Of a DNA stretch of 64,000 nt, positions 47,884 to 56,808 are shown one piece after another. Source of the stretch: Elusimicrobiota bacterium. Its GTDB lineage: Bacteria > Elusimicrobiota > Elusimicrobia > UBA1565 > UBA9628. Location: assembly GCA_035606075.1 (NCBI GenBank), contig DATNGC010000004.1, forward strand, positions 16,932 to 80,931, written 5' to 3'. How positions within the stretch are numbered: the stretch's first letter is position 1; every line of letters starts with the position of its first letter. The translations under genes and the position numbers were made by a program. The notes below the pieces were generated by a model. It was not told where the DNA came from, searched no databases, and was given only the letters and a program-made list of their open reading frames with translations.

Positions 47884-49313
47884 CGCTTCGCTCCCCGCGA
47901 ACGGGCCCGCGCGGCGTCCTGGGGACGGCCGAGCCGGCGGTACACGTCCTCCAGCATCGTCCAATTCGACGCGCGGAAGGGATCGAGCGACACGGCGCGC
48001 TCGAGATCGTCGGCCGCGGCCTGGAGCCGCTTCGCCCCGTCGGGGCCGCCGGCCGAGGCGAGCTCGAGCTGCGCGCGCGCGCGCGCGGCCTCGGGATGAG
48101 GACGGATTCTCTCCGACGAAGACAAGGCGACCAGCGCCTCGTCCGGGGGCAGGGGCGGGTTCGACGCGAAGACGCGCGCGCGCAGGCTGTCGGCCGCCCA
48201 GTTGCCTCCGACCCAGTAGGCCGCCGCGGTCGCGGCGCACAGCGTCAGCGCGACCGCGGGGATCTTGCGGCCGCCGCGCACCGCGACGGCCTCCTCGGAC
48301 TCGGGCAGCGCCCAGGCGATCGACAGGCAGAACAGCCAGAATATGCCCGGAAGGCTCAGCCCATAGTCGAACAGGCCGTGGATCAGGGCCGCGACGGGAC
48401 CGAAGCGCTTGCCCGCGGGCGCGCGGCGCAGCAGCGCGCAGATCCCCGCCAGCCAGAGGAGCAGGTACGGCCAGCCGCGCTCCGCGGCCGTCTCGAGGAA
48501 ATACTGGTGCGCGAACAGCGAGATGAGCTCGGGGCGAGGACCCACGTAGGCCGGAAGCGCGTACGCGAACGCCCCGGGTCCGAAGCCGAGCCACGGCGCG
48601 TCCGCCGACATGCGCCAGGCGGCCGCCCACCAAGCCCAGCGGTGAAGCGCCTCGGGCGATTGGAGCTTCGCGTAGGCGGCGACGAGACCCGCGAAGCCGG
48701 CGAGCGCGCCGGCCCAGAACGCGACGGAGCCCACGGCCTTGCGGTGCAGGATCAGCGCGCCCGCGAGCCCGAGCCACGCGGCGACCGAGCGCGTCCACCA
48801 CAGGCACACGAGAAGCCCCGCGACGAGGAGCCCGTCGCCGCGGCGCGCCGCGAACGGCAGCAGCAGGAGGATCGCGCCGGCGAACGCGTTCTGGTTGAGC
48901 AGGGCCGAGGGCGGGCGCGGCGAGCCGTGAAAGCGCTGATAGGCGGCGAGCAGGACGAGCGTCCAGGCCGCCGCGCGCACGGCCTGCTCGACGACCTCGC
49001 GCTCGCGCGTCGACAGCAGCGTCGCCGCCGGGATGAGCCAGAGCCCCGCCGCGGCGGCGGCCCACGCGGGCAGAGCGTAGGCCGGCACCGGGCCGAGGCG
49101 CGCGGAGAGAAAGGACAGCGCGGCCAGCGTCATCGCCCACGATGAAGGAGCCTTCGAGGGCAGCGGGAGACGGCCGCGGGCCGCCCCGGCCGCGAGCCAC
49201 AGCGCCAGCCCGGAGATCAGCGCGAGAAGGACGGCCGACTGCGCCCAGAGCTCCCAAGCGCCGCGGAGCAGGAGCCCCGACGCCGCTTGGAGGCCGACCA
49301 GAGCCGCGAGCAC
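47853..49313 (-). CDS. O-antigen ligase (Wzy_C) family membrane protein with a C-terminal TPR-like domain; third paralog, immediately downstream of pilQ
   Basis: 486 aa. A polytopic Wzy_C-like core is followed by a C-terminal TPR-like tail (LERAVSLDPFRASNW). Confidence 0.6.
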   Translation of the reverse strand: MLAALVGLQAASGLLLRGAWELWAQSAVLLALISGLALWLAAGAARGRLPLPSKAPSSWAMTLAALSFLSARLGPVPAYALPAWAAAAAGLWLIPAATLLSTREREVVEQAVRAAAWTLVLLAAYQRFHGSPRPPSALLNQNAFAGAILLLLPFAARRGDGLLVAGLLVCLWWTRSVAAWLGLAGALILHRKAVGSVAFWAGALAGFAGLVAAYAKLQSPEALHRWAWWAAAWRMSADAPWLGFGPGAFAYALPAYVGPRPELISLFAHQYFLETAAERGWPYLLLWLAGICALLRRAPAGKRFGPVAALIHGLFDYGLSLPGIFWLFCLSIAWALPESEEAVAVRGGRKIPAVALTLCAATAAAYWVGGNWAADSLRARVFASNPPLPPDEALVALSSSERIRPHPEAARARAQLELASAGGPDGAKRLQAAADDLERAVSLDPFRASNWTMLEDVYRRLGRPQDAARARSRGAKRCPSLRTEAA

Positions 49314-49320
49314 GGCCGCG

Positions 49321-51504
49321 TCAGTCGGGCATGATGCGCGTCGTGACGAAGATGAGCAGCTCGTTGCGCACGCGCGCCTTGGTCTTCTTCTTGAAGAGCC
49401 AGCCGATGATCGGGATGTCCCCGAGGATCGGGATCTTCGCGACGTTGTCCTGGAGGCTGTCGCTGATCAGGCCGCCGATCACGATCGTCTCCCCGTCGCG
49501 CACGAGCACGGTGGTCTGGGCGACGCGGGAGTCGACGGCCGGAGCCCCGGTCAGGATGTTCGCGGCCGCCGTGACCGAGGGCTGGCTGATGTTGGGGTTG
49601 ATGACCAGCAGGATGCGCCCGTCGGCGTTGATGCTCGGCGTGACCGTCAGCTGGATGCCGGTCGTCGCATAGCTGACGGTCTGCGTCTGCACGCCGGTCG
49701 AGGCCACGTTGGAGGTCACGTACGGGATCTGCGTCGTCACGTTGATGTTCGCGGCCTGGTTGTTCAGCGTCGCGATCTTCGGGTCGGAGAGGACCTTGGC
49801 CTTCCCCTCGGAGGCGGCCGCCGTGATCGTGGCGTTGACCAGGTAGTTGTTCGTGACGCGGCCCAGAGTCAGCGCGCCGAAGATCTTGTCGGCCGAGAGG
49901 TTGACGCCGGTGCCCTGGCCGCCGGCCCCGATGGGCTGGGAAAGACCGTTGACGGCCTGGCCGACCCCCACTCCCGTCCCCTGGGTCGAGGTGCCTGCGT
50001 TGGTGATCCCGACAGGGCCACCGATCGTGTTGAGGCCCGGCTTGCCGCCGATCTTGCCGATGTCCTGCTCCAGGTAGTTCCACTGGATGCCGTAGTCCAG
50101 CTCGTTGTTCAGGCTGACCTCGATGAGCTTGGCCTCGATGAGCACCTGCCGCGGCCGCTGGTCGAGCTGGTTGATCAGGTTCTCGGTCGCGGCCATCCCT
50201 TCGAGCGACTCCGTGACGATGATCGAGTTGGTGTTGGGGTCGGCGCTCGAGTTGCCGGTGCGGCCCTCGGCCGTGCGGACCTGGTCGATCGTCGTCTTGA
50301 CCGCGGCGGCCTTGGCGTAGTTCAGCGGGATCACCTTCGTGATCGCCGACGACGCCGTGCGCTGGGCGGTCAGCGCGGCCGGCGTGATCACGCGCAGGAC
50401 GTTGTCGCCGACCTGGTCCGTGGTCAGCTGCATCATCGAGAGCACGGTGCGGAAGGCCTCGTTGAAGGGCACCTGGGACAGGTGCAGGGTCAGCGTGCCG
50501 GTCACGTCGGAGCCGTAGATGATGTTGATGCGCGACTTCGCGGCGAGGAGCTTGATCACGTCGCGCACGTCGGTGTTGTCGAAGTCGAGGTCGGTCCGGT
50601 CGGTGGGCAGGCGGCTGAACGCGTCGCGGAAGATGCGGCCGCCGAGCGCGTGCTTGCCCTCGTCCTCGTCGCCGATGTCCTTGGGGATCACGGCGGTGTT
50701 GACGGCCGCGTCCTCGGCCTGGACCGCGGCGACGAGCTCCGTCTGCATCTTCCCTTCCAGGCCCGCGCGCTTGAACGCGGCGGCCGCGGAGAGGTCCTTT
50801 TTGACGACGGGAGCCTCGGGCCTGGGCGCCGCGGCCATGATCGCCTTCTCCGGCTCGGGATTGGCCATCGCCACGCGCGCGGGCGCGCTGATGCGCTGGT
50901 TCGTGCTGCGCGGCGCTTGAGGCGGCGCGGCGTCGCTCTTGGCGACGGCGGGCGGCGCGGCGACGGGCTTGGGCGCGGGGGGCTCGTCCGCGGCCGCGGC
51001 CTTGTCGGAACCGGCGGCGTCCTCGGCCCCCGAGCCGGCGAGCTTGACGGTCATGCCCGCGGAGTCCGAGCCGATCTTGTAGACGGCCATCTTGTTCAAG
51101 TCGAGCACGACGCGGGTGATCAGCCGCGGCGTCACCCGGAACTGGCTCGTGCGCACGCCCTTCAGGTAATCGCCCTGCCCCTTCGAGGAGCGCGCGGCGC
51201 GGGCGACGTCGTTCTTGGTGTCGAGGAGCTCCAGGATCAGGCGCGGGGGCTTCTGGGTCAGGAAGCTGTTGTACTGGACGGGGCCGCTGAGCCGGATCGA
51301 AACGCTGTCGGGCCCGACGACGACTCCGCGGAAGGAAGCCGGCGCGGAGGCGGCGGGAGCCGGGGCCGTCACGGCGGCCGTGGAAGCGGCCGCGGGGGCG
51401 GCGGAGGCCGCATCGGCGGCGAAAGCCGCGACGGCGCCTTGGGGGACGACGAGCGCCGCGGCGAGCAGCGCCGCCAGCGCCTTCTTGAAATGGTCGGTGG
51501 TCAT
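49321..51504 (-). CDS. pilQ: Type IV pilus secretin PilQ
   Basis: 727 aa. Signal peptide, AMIN-like N-domain, Ala/Pro-rich linker, N0/N1 domains, and a C-terminal secretin domain (VLVRDGETIVIGGL...IPILGDIPIIGWLF). Confidence 0.9.
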   Translation of the reverse strand: MTTDHFKKALAALLAAALVVPQGAVAAFAADAASAAPAAASTAAVTAPAPAASAPASFRGVVVGPDSVSIRLSGPVQYNSFLTQKPPRLILELLDTKNDVARAARSSKGQGDYLKGVRTSQFRVTPRLITRVVLDLNKMAVYKIGSDSAGMTVKLAGSGAEDAAGSDKAAAADEPPAPKPVAAPPAVAKSDAAPPQAPRSTNQRISAPARVAMANPEPEKAIMAAAPRPEAPVVKKDLSAAAAFKRAGLEGKMQTELVAAVQAEDAAVNTAVIPKDIGDEDEGKHALGGRIFRDAFSRLPTDRTDLDFDNTDVRDVIKLLAAKSRINIIYGSDVTGTLTLHLSQVPFNEAFRTVLSMMQLTTDQVGDNVLRVITPAALTAQRTASSAITKVIPLNYAKAAAVKTTIDQVRTAEGRTGNSSADPNTNSIIVTESLEGMAATENLINQLDQRPRQVLIEAKLIEVSLNNELDYGIQWNYLEQDIGKIGGKPGLNTIGGPVGITNAGTSTQGTGVGVGQAVNGLSQPIGAGGQGTGVNLSADKIFGALTLGRVTNNYLVNATITAAASEGKAKVLSDPKIATLNNQAANINVTTQIPYVTSNVASTGVQTQTVSYATTGIQLTVTPSINADGRILLVINPNISQPSVTAAANILTGAPAVDSRVAQTTVLVRDGETIVIGGLISDSLQDNVAKIPILGDIPIIGWLFKKKTKARVRNELLIFVTTRIMPD

Positions 51505-51523
51505 GGCTTCTCCGTTCCCCTCG

Positions 51524-52021
51524 CTATTCGGCTCCCGGCTTTTCCTTGCTGCGGCCCGCGTCGAGCTCGCCGAGCTGGAAGGGCTGCCGATCCTTGTCGG
51601 CGGTGATGAGCTCGGCCCGCTTCTGCTTCATGTTGATGGACCCGGTGATGCCGGGGACGGGCTTGTTGCGCTCGTCGTACAGGCGGCGGCCGCGCAGGAT
51701 CAGCGTCGTGCCGTTGTCCATCGAGAACAGCGCGAAAGCGCTCTGCGAATCGCGCATGATGCCGCGCAGCTCGAGAGAGTGGATGTCGACGACGAGCGGC
51801 GCGTTCTTGTCGCGCGCCCGCCCGGCGCCGCCGACCGTCGCGGGCATGAAGGGATCGCGCACCTTGTCGCCCGTGTAGAGCGTCGAGACCGTGTACGTGC
51901 TGAGAGCGAGCGCCGGGGAAAGCGCGGCGGCCGGAGCCGTGGAGGCGGCCACCGCCGGCGCGGGCGCGGGCGCCGCGAAGGCGCCGGCGCAGAGCAGGAC
52001 GGCGGCGAGGGAGGAGATCAT
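51524..52021 (-). CDS. pilP: Pilus assembly lipoprotein PilP
   Basis: 165 aa. Signal peptide, a low-complexity linker and a C-terminal beta-domain; the operon position lies between pilO and pilQ. Confidence 0.65.
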   Translation of the reverse strand: MISSLAAVLLCAGAFAAPAPAPAVAASTAPAAALSPALALSTYTVSTLYTGDKVRDPFMPATVGGAGRARDKNAPLVVDIHSLELRGIMRDSQSAFALFSMDNGTTLILRGRRLYDERNKPVPGITGSINMKQKRAELITADKDRQPFQLGELDAGRSKEKPGAE

Positions 52022-52563
52022 CCTTTATATTGGTACGTGAGCAGCGTGAACGACACGGTCATCGCGCCGTCGGCGCCCGCCGAGGGATAGACGACGTCCT
52101 TGACGTTGAAGATGCGCTCCTCCAGCGCGATGGCGGCGAGGAACCGGCCGATGTTGTGGTAGCTGCCCTTCACGGTCATCGGGTAGCTGAGCTCGGTGAA
52201 GAACTGCTGGCTCTTCGTCGGGCCCGGCGAGAAGGACATGACGTCGACCCGGTTCTGCTGGGCCAGGGTCGACAGCGTGACCAGCACGTCGGGCACGTCC
52301 TTCGCCTTCGGAAGCCGGCGCTCCGCCTCGACGGCGTCCTGGTTCAGCTTCGCCAGGTCGGCCTGCAGGCGCTGGAGGCGGGAGGCCTGCGCGGTCGCCT
52401 TGGCGATCTTGCTGTCGATCTGCTCGATCTGGCCGGACAAGTCCGACATCTTCTGCGAGATCGGCATCCAGAAGAACTTGACGTAGACGCCGGCCCCGAC
52501 GGCGAGCAGGACCGCGCCCGCGCCGAGATACTGCTGCTGCTGCTTCGAGAGCTGGATGGCCAT
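52018..52563 (-). CDS. pilO: Pilus assembly protein PilO
   Basis: 181 aa. An N-terminal TM helix and coiled coil, in the operon position. Confidence 0.7.
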   Translation of the reverse strand: MAIQLSKQQQQYLGAGAVLLAVGAGVYVKFFWMPISQKMSDLSGQIEQIDSKIAKATAQASRLQRLQADLAKLNQDAVEAERRLPKAKDVPDVLVTLSTLAQQNRVDVMSFSPGPTKSQQFFTELSYPMTVKGSYHNIGRFLAAIALEERIFNVKDVVYPSAGADGAMTVSFTLLTYQYKG

Positions 52564-52565
52564 GG

Positions 52566-53111
52566 TCAGAGCTTGAGCGTGTACATCGTCGTGATCGTGA
52601 AGTTGTACCCCTTCCCCGCCGCGGCGACGGGACCGAGCTCGACCGCGGCGAAGTGCGTGTCCTTCTCGAGCGTGCGCATCCAGGCGGCGACGTCGTCGTT
52701 GCTGTTGGCGACGGCGACGATCGTCAGCTTCAAGCCGCCGTTGCCCTGGATCGCCGTCGCCATGCTCGTGACCTTCACTCCGCTCGGGACGGTCCGGGCG
52801 AACTCAGACATGAAGAGAGGATAGAACGCGCGGCCCTTGAGCAGGGTCTCGATGACGCCCAGCCGGGCGCGGACGGCCTCCGACGCCTTCTCGAGCTCCT
52901 CGACCTTCGCGACGATCGCGCTGAGCTCGCGCAGCTTGGATTCTTTATAGTTGTACTCGTTCTGCAGGCGGTACAGCCCGGCCCAATGGACGAGCGAGAT
53001 CACGACCAGCACGACCGCGAGAACGCCGCCGACGACGGAAGCCTGCAGCAGCAGCTGACGCTGCCGCGCTTTGGCGAGGATCTCGGCGGGGACGAGGTTG
53101 ACCTTGATCAT
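52566..53111 (-). CDS. pilN: Pilus assembly protein PilN
   Basis: 181 aa. Starts MIKVNLVP, the conserved PilN N-terminus, then a TM helix. Confidence 0.8.
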   Translation of the reverse strand: MIKVNLVPAEILAKARQRQLLLQASVVGGVLAVVLVVISLVHWAGLYRLQNEYNYKESKLRELSAIVAKVEELEKASEAVRARLGVIETLLKGRAFYPLFMSEFARTVPSGVKVTSMATAIQGNGGLKLTIVAVANSNDDVAAWMRTLEKDTHFAAVELGPVAAAGKGYNFTITTMYTLKL

Positions 53112-54257
53112 CTATTCCCAATCCCTGTTGCGCCGCAGGGCCAGGCCGACGGCCACGCCGAAAGCCGGGCGCAGCTCCTCGGGCACCGCCGCGCCCCCGG
53201 AGACGAAGGAGAAAGGATCGAGCACGGTCACCGGGACCTTCAGCTCGCCGGACAGGTGCTTGTCGAGGTTCTTCGCGCGCGCGGTCCCGCCGGAGAGCAC
53301 GATGCGCCCGATCGCCCGGTCCGGGCCCTGCGACAGGTAGAAGTCGACGGAGCGATGGACCTCTCCGACGAGGTCCCGCGCGACCTGGCCGATGGCCTGC
53401 GAGACGCCGAGCGCCTCGCGGTTGCCGTCCGCCAGGGCCTTTTCCTTCTCGGCGGGGTCGACGATGACGCCGTACTGCTTCTTGAGCTCGTCGGCCTTCG
53501 CCGGCTCGCACTGGAACGCCTTGGCGACGGCCTTGGTCATCGTCGCGCCGGAGAGGGAGACGTCGCGCACCACGCGCGTCACGCCGTTCTCGACGATCGA
53601 GAGGTTCGTGACCATGTGGCCCAGGTTCAAATAAAGCGTGGCCGCCGCCCCTTCCTTCGGGTCGCGGATCTTCTCGTGGACGTTCTCGAGCGCGAAGCTG
53701 TCGACGTCCATGATCGCGGGCGTGAAGCCGGCGCCTTGGAGGATATCGATGCGGGCGGTCACGAGCTCCTTCTTGGCCGCGACGAGCACGGTCTCCATCT
53801 TCTTCTGCCCGTCCTCGACGATCTCGCTCAGGATGTGGAAGCCGAGCTGGACCTCGTTGATGTCGAAAGGGATGAACGGCTCGGCCTCGGTGGCCAGCGT
53901 GGCCTGGAGCTCGGTCTTGGTCAGGCGCGGGAACTTGACGTAGCGCACGATGACGGCGTTGCCGGACAGGGACGTCGCCGCGTCGCGGACGCTGGCGCCC
54001 TTCTCGACGAGGAAGGCGCGCAGCGCGTTGACCACGGCGGTCTTGCGCTCCTCCGGGGACGCGTCGGCCTTCGCGCCGATCGGGAGATGGCCCCAGGCCT
54101 TGAGCTGCAGCGCCGTCCCCTCCTGCTTGAGGAGGACGACCTTGACCGCGTAGGCGCCGATGTCCACGGCCACGACGTCCCGCGGGCCGAGGAACAGCTC
54201 CCCCAGCCCCTTCAGGGCGCCCAAGCGCGCTTTGACGACGTCCATTTTGATGGCCAT
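53112..54257 (-). CDS. pilM: Type IV pilus assembly ATPase-fold protein PilM (actin/FtsA-like)
   Basis: 381 aa. It has the actin-like ATPase fold blocks VAVDIGAYAVK and DVDSFALEN. Confidence 0.9.
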   Translation of the reverse strand: MAIKMDVVKARLGALKGLGELFLGPRDVVAVDIGAYAVKVVLLKQEGTALQLKAWGHLPIGAKADASPEERKTAVVNALRAFLVEKGASVRDAATSLSGNAVIVRYVKFPRLTKTELQATLATEAEPFIPFDINEVQLGFHILSEIVEDGQKKMETVLVAAKKELVTARIDILQGAGFTPAIMDVDSFALENVHEKIRDPKEGAAATLYLNLGHMVTNLSIVENGVTRVVRDVSLSGATMTKAVAKAFQCEPAKADELKKQYGVIVDPAEKEKALADGNREALGVSQAIGQVARDLVGEVHRSVDFYLSQGPDRAIGRIVLSGGTARAKNLDKHLSGELKVPVTVLDPFSFVSGGAAVPEELRPAFGVAVGLALRRNRDWE

Positions 54258-54270
54258 TTATTCGCCGATT

Positions 54271-54327
54271 AAAAAAGCGCCGCCGCCCCGTCGTTCATCC
54301 CGACGGGTCGGACTCGGCGCTTTTTTT
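54271..54327 (-). terminator. Intrinsic-terminator-like element (A-run, GC-rich two-tier hairpin, T-run) 14 nt upstream of the pilM start codon; bidirectional in form
   Basis: aaaaaa GCGCCG ccgCCCCGTCGttcatcCGACGGGtcggact CGGCGC ttttttt. The outer 6-bp and inner 7-bp stems are perfectly complementary. U/A tracts are otherwise rare in this 70% GC DNA. Confidence 0.55.
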
Positions 54328-54338
54328 GAACTCGGTGA

Positions 54339-54367
54339 TTTATAACAGGTTTGTCCATGGGTGTCAA
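54339..54367 (-). promoter_or_regulatory. Near-consensus sigma70 promoter on the minus strand (TTGACA, 17-nt spacer, TATAAA) firing toward pilM
   Basis: The reverse complement of 54339-54367 reads TTGACA cccatggacaaacctgt TATAAA. The predicted TSS is near 54332. Confidence 0.55.
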
Positions 54368-54432
54368 TACCGGTCCGAAAAACTTCGTTCAAACTTTCCT
54401 GACAAAACCGCGATGAATCTCCGGATCGGGGC

Positions 54433-54485
54433 AAAAAAAAGCGCCGCCGACCCCCGGACAGGCGGGTCGGACTCGGCGTAGGGGG
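54433..54485 (-). terminator. Second copy of the A-run / hairpin terminator-like element (U-tract only on the minus-strand RNA)
   Basis: aaaaaaaa GCGCCG CCGACCC ccggacaggc GGGTCGG act CGGCG. It shares GGGTCGGACTCGGCG and GCGCCGCCG with copy 1. Confidence 0.5.
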
Positions 54486-54486
54486 A

Positions 54487-54515
54487 TTAATAACAGGTTT
54501 AGCCGAGTTTGTCAA
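54487..54515 (-). promoter_or_regulatory. Second near-consensus sigma70 promoter on the minus strand (TTGACA, 17-nt spacer, TATTAA); a duplicate module
   Basis: The reverse complement reads TTGACA aactcggctaaacctgt TATTAA. The spacer end aaacctgt is shared with the promoter at 54339-54367. Confidence 0.5.
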
Positions 54516-54581
54516 GATGTCGACGATGTCATCTTATTGTGACGCCCTCAGAAAAACAGGTTTTTGATATATAATTAAAAA

Positions 54582-55247
54582 ATGAAGTCCGTCCTCTTCG
54601 ACTACGGAGGGACGCTCGATTCCGACGGGACCACCTGGCTCGAGCGCTTTTATCCCATTTATAAGGAAAACGGGATCGTCTCCGACCGCTCGCGCTTCGA
54701 CCGGGCTTTCTACGACTCGGATGACAACCTGCCGGCGCGCTTCGCGCTGGACGGACTCGACCTCGAGCAGACCCTGCGCCTGCAGGTCCGCGGCGTCCTG
54801 GACGCCCTGGCCCCGGAGCGCGCGGACCTGACTCCGAAGATCGCGGGGCGCTTCGCGGAGGACAGCCGGCGGCATTTCCGCGTCCTGAAGCCCGTCCTGG
54901 AGCGGCTGGCCTCCCGTTTCCGCCTCGGCGTCGTCTCCAACTTTTACGGCAACCTCGACGGGATCCTGCGCGCCGAGGGGCTGCGCGGACATTTCGCGGT
55001 CGTCGCCGACTCCGGCGTCCTGGGCGTGGAGAAACCGGATCCGGAGATCTTCCTGCACGCCGCGCGCGCTCTCGACGCCCGCCCCGAGGACTGCGTCATG
55101 GTCGGCGACTCCATCCCGCGCGACATGAAGGGCGCGGCGGCGGCCGGCATGAAGAAAGCGCTCGTCTGCGCCGGGGCCGAGACGCCCGACGCCGGCCAGG
55201 ATTGGACCGTGCGCACCGTCGCCGAGCTCGAGGCGGTCCTCGCGTGA
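54582..55247 (+). CDS. HAD-superfamily hydrolase (phosphatase-like)
   Basis: 221 aa. The N-terminal VLFDYGGTLD is a motif-I-like block and GDSIPRDMKGAAAAGM is motif IV. There is a TATAAT-like -10 element 6 nt before the ATG. Confidence 0.7.
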   Translation: MKSVLFDYGGTLDSDGTTWLERFYPIYKENGIVSDRSRFDRAFYDSDDNLPARFALDGLDLEQTLRLQVRGVLDALAPERADLTPKIAGRFAEDSRRHFRVLKPVLERLASRFRLGVVSNFYGNLDGILRAEGLRGHFAVVADSGVLGVEKPDPEIFLHAARALDARPEDCVMVGDSIPRDMKGAAAAGMKKALVCAGAETPDAGQDWTVRTVAELEAVLA

Positions 55248-55954
55248 GCTTCGCGGCCGGCGTCATCGCGGCGGGCGAGGGCTCGCGCCTGGCGGCGAGC
55301 CACCCGGGCACGGTCAAGCCGCTCGTGCCCGTCGCGGGCCGGCCTCTCTCCCACTGGATCGTCGGCGCGCTGCGCGCCGCCGGCGCGCGTGGGCTCACGG
55401 TGCTGACCAACTCGCGCGGCGGCGCCGTCGCCCCGAGCCTGACGGCGGCGTTCCCGGGCTTCGCTTTCGATTTCGTGTCGCGGGACACCGCGTCGTCGTA
55501 CGAGAGCTTCCGCCTCGTCTCGCTCCGCCTCGCCGAGCGCGAGGACGCCTTCCTGATCAGCACGGTGGACGCGCTCGTCCCCCCGGCCGACGTCGCGCGA
55601 TTTTGGAACGAGTGCCGCGCGGCGCGCGCCGACGCGGGCCTGGCCCTCACCGCTCACGTCGACGACGAGAAGCCGCTGTGGGCCGACGCCGACGCCGCTG
55701 GCCTCGTGTCCGCGATCGGCGACGACGCGCGAAAGCGCGAGCTCGTGACCTGCGGGCTCTATTACATGACCCGCGCCGCGGCCGCCCGCCTGCCCGAGCC
55801 GTCCGCGCACGCGCGCCTGCGCGATTTCTGGCGAAGCTTGGTCTCGGGCGGCGCCCGCGTGGCCGGACCCATCCTTACCAAGACCCTCGACGTCGACCGT
55901 CCCGAGGACGTGCTCGCGGCCGAGGCCTACCTGACGGCGGAGACGAAGCGATGA
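55244..55954 (+). CDS. Sugar/alcohol-phosphate nucleotidyltransferase (NTP_transferase fold); a candidate inositol-phosphate cytidylyltransferase
   Basis: GTG start overlapping the HAD stop (GTGA). GVIAAGEGSRL is the G-x-G-x-R-L nucleotide-binding loop. Confidence 0.65.
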   Translation: MSFAAGVIAAGEGSRLAASHPGTVKPLVPVAGRPLSHWIVGALRAAGARGLTVLTNSRGGAVAPSLTAAFPGFAFDFVSRDTASSYESFRLVSLRLAEREDAFLISTVDALVPPADVARFWNECRAARADAGLALTAHVDDEKPLWADADAAGLVSAIGDDARKRELVTCGLYYMTRAAAARLPEPSAHARLRDFWRSLVSGGARVAGPILTKTLDVDRPEDVLAAEAYLTAETKR

Positions 55955-56805
55955 AGGCTTTAGGCATCTTGCGGGAGACGCAGAACTCGCCGGGCCGCGA
56001 GTCGGACGACGCGCTGATCCTCAAGGCGGTCATGGACCAGCTCTCGATCCTCAAGACGCAGACGACGGTGATGACGCCCGAGGAGTTCGACCGCGCCGAC
56101 GCGGCGGGCTTCGACACGATCGTTCCGATGTGCGAGACCTATCCGCGCCTGATGCGGCTCAAGAAGCTCGAGGCCGAGACCGGCGTCATGGTCATCAACC
56201 CGTCGGACTCCGTGCTCGGCTGCTACCGCACCCGGATGCTCGACTCCTTCGCGAGGACGCCCGGCCTCTCGTACCCGCCGACCGAGGTGCGCCGCACGTC
56301 GGCCGAGGCCAACGCGAAAGCCCCCGCCTTCGAGGCCGCCGCCGGCTACTGGGTCAAGCGCGGCGACGTGCACAACACCTGCGCCTACGACGTGGTCTTC
56401 GCGCGCGACTGGAAGGAGGTCGACGCGATCCGCCGCGAGTTCGAAAGCCGCGAGATCAAGGACATGGCCGTCCAGCGCCACACCGACGGCGACCTGATCA
56501 AGTTCTACGGCGTCGGCCCCGGCCAGTGGTTCACCTGGTTCTACCACGACCCCTCGACCGCGCGGCGCCTGCCGTTCGAGCTCGAGGACCTGGCGGCCCA
56601 GGCCGAGATGGCGGCTCGGGCGGTCAAAGTGGAAATCTTCGGCGGCGACGCGATCGTGACCCCCGACGGCAAGATCTTCGTCATCGACATCAACTCCTGG
56701 CCCAGCTTCGCGCGCGTACGCTCCGAGGCCTCGGTCCAGATCGCCCGCCGGCTGCGCGCGCGCCTGCGCCAGACGGCGGCGTCTCCATCCCAAAGGAAGG
56801 CCTAA
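55951..56805 (+). CDS. ATP-grasp-fold protein (ligase- or inositol-phosphate-kinase-like)
   Basis: The ATG overlaps the upstream stop (ATGA). The C-terminus KIFVIDINSWPSF resembles the ATP-grasp C-domain. The assignment is tentative. Confidence 0.45.
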   Translation: MKALGILRETQNSPGRESDDALILKAVMDQLSILKTQTTVMTPEEFDRADAAGFDTIVPMCETYPRLMRLKKLEAETGVMVINPSDSVLGCYRTRMLDSFARTPGLSYPPTEVRRTSAEANAKAPAFEAAAGYWVKRGDVHNTCAYDVVFARDWKEVDAIRREFESREIKDMAVQRHTDGDLIKFYGVGPGQWFTWFYHDPSTARRLPFELEDLAAQAEMAARAVKVEIFGGDAIVTPDGKIFVIDINSWPSFARVRSEASVQIARRLRARLRQTAASPSQRKA

Positions 56806-56808
56806 ACC

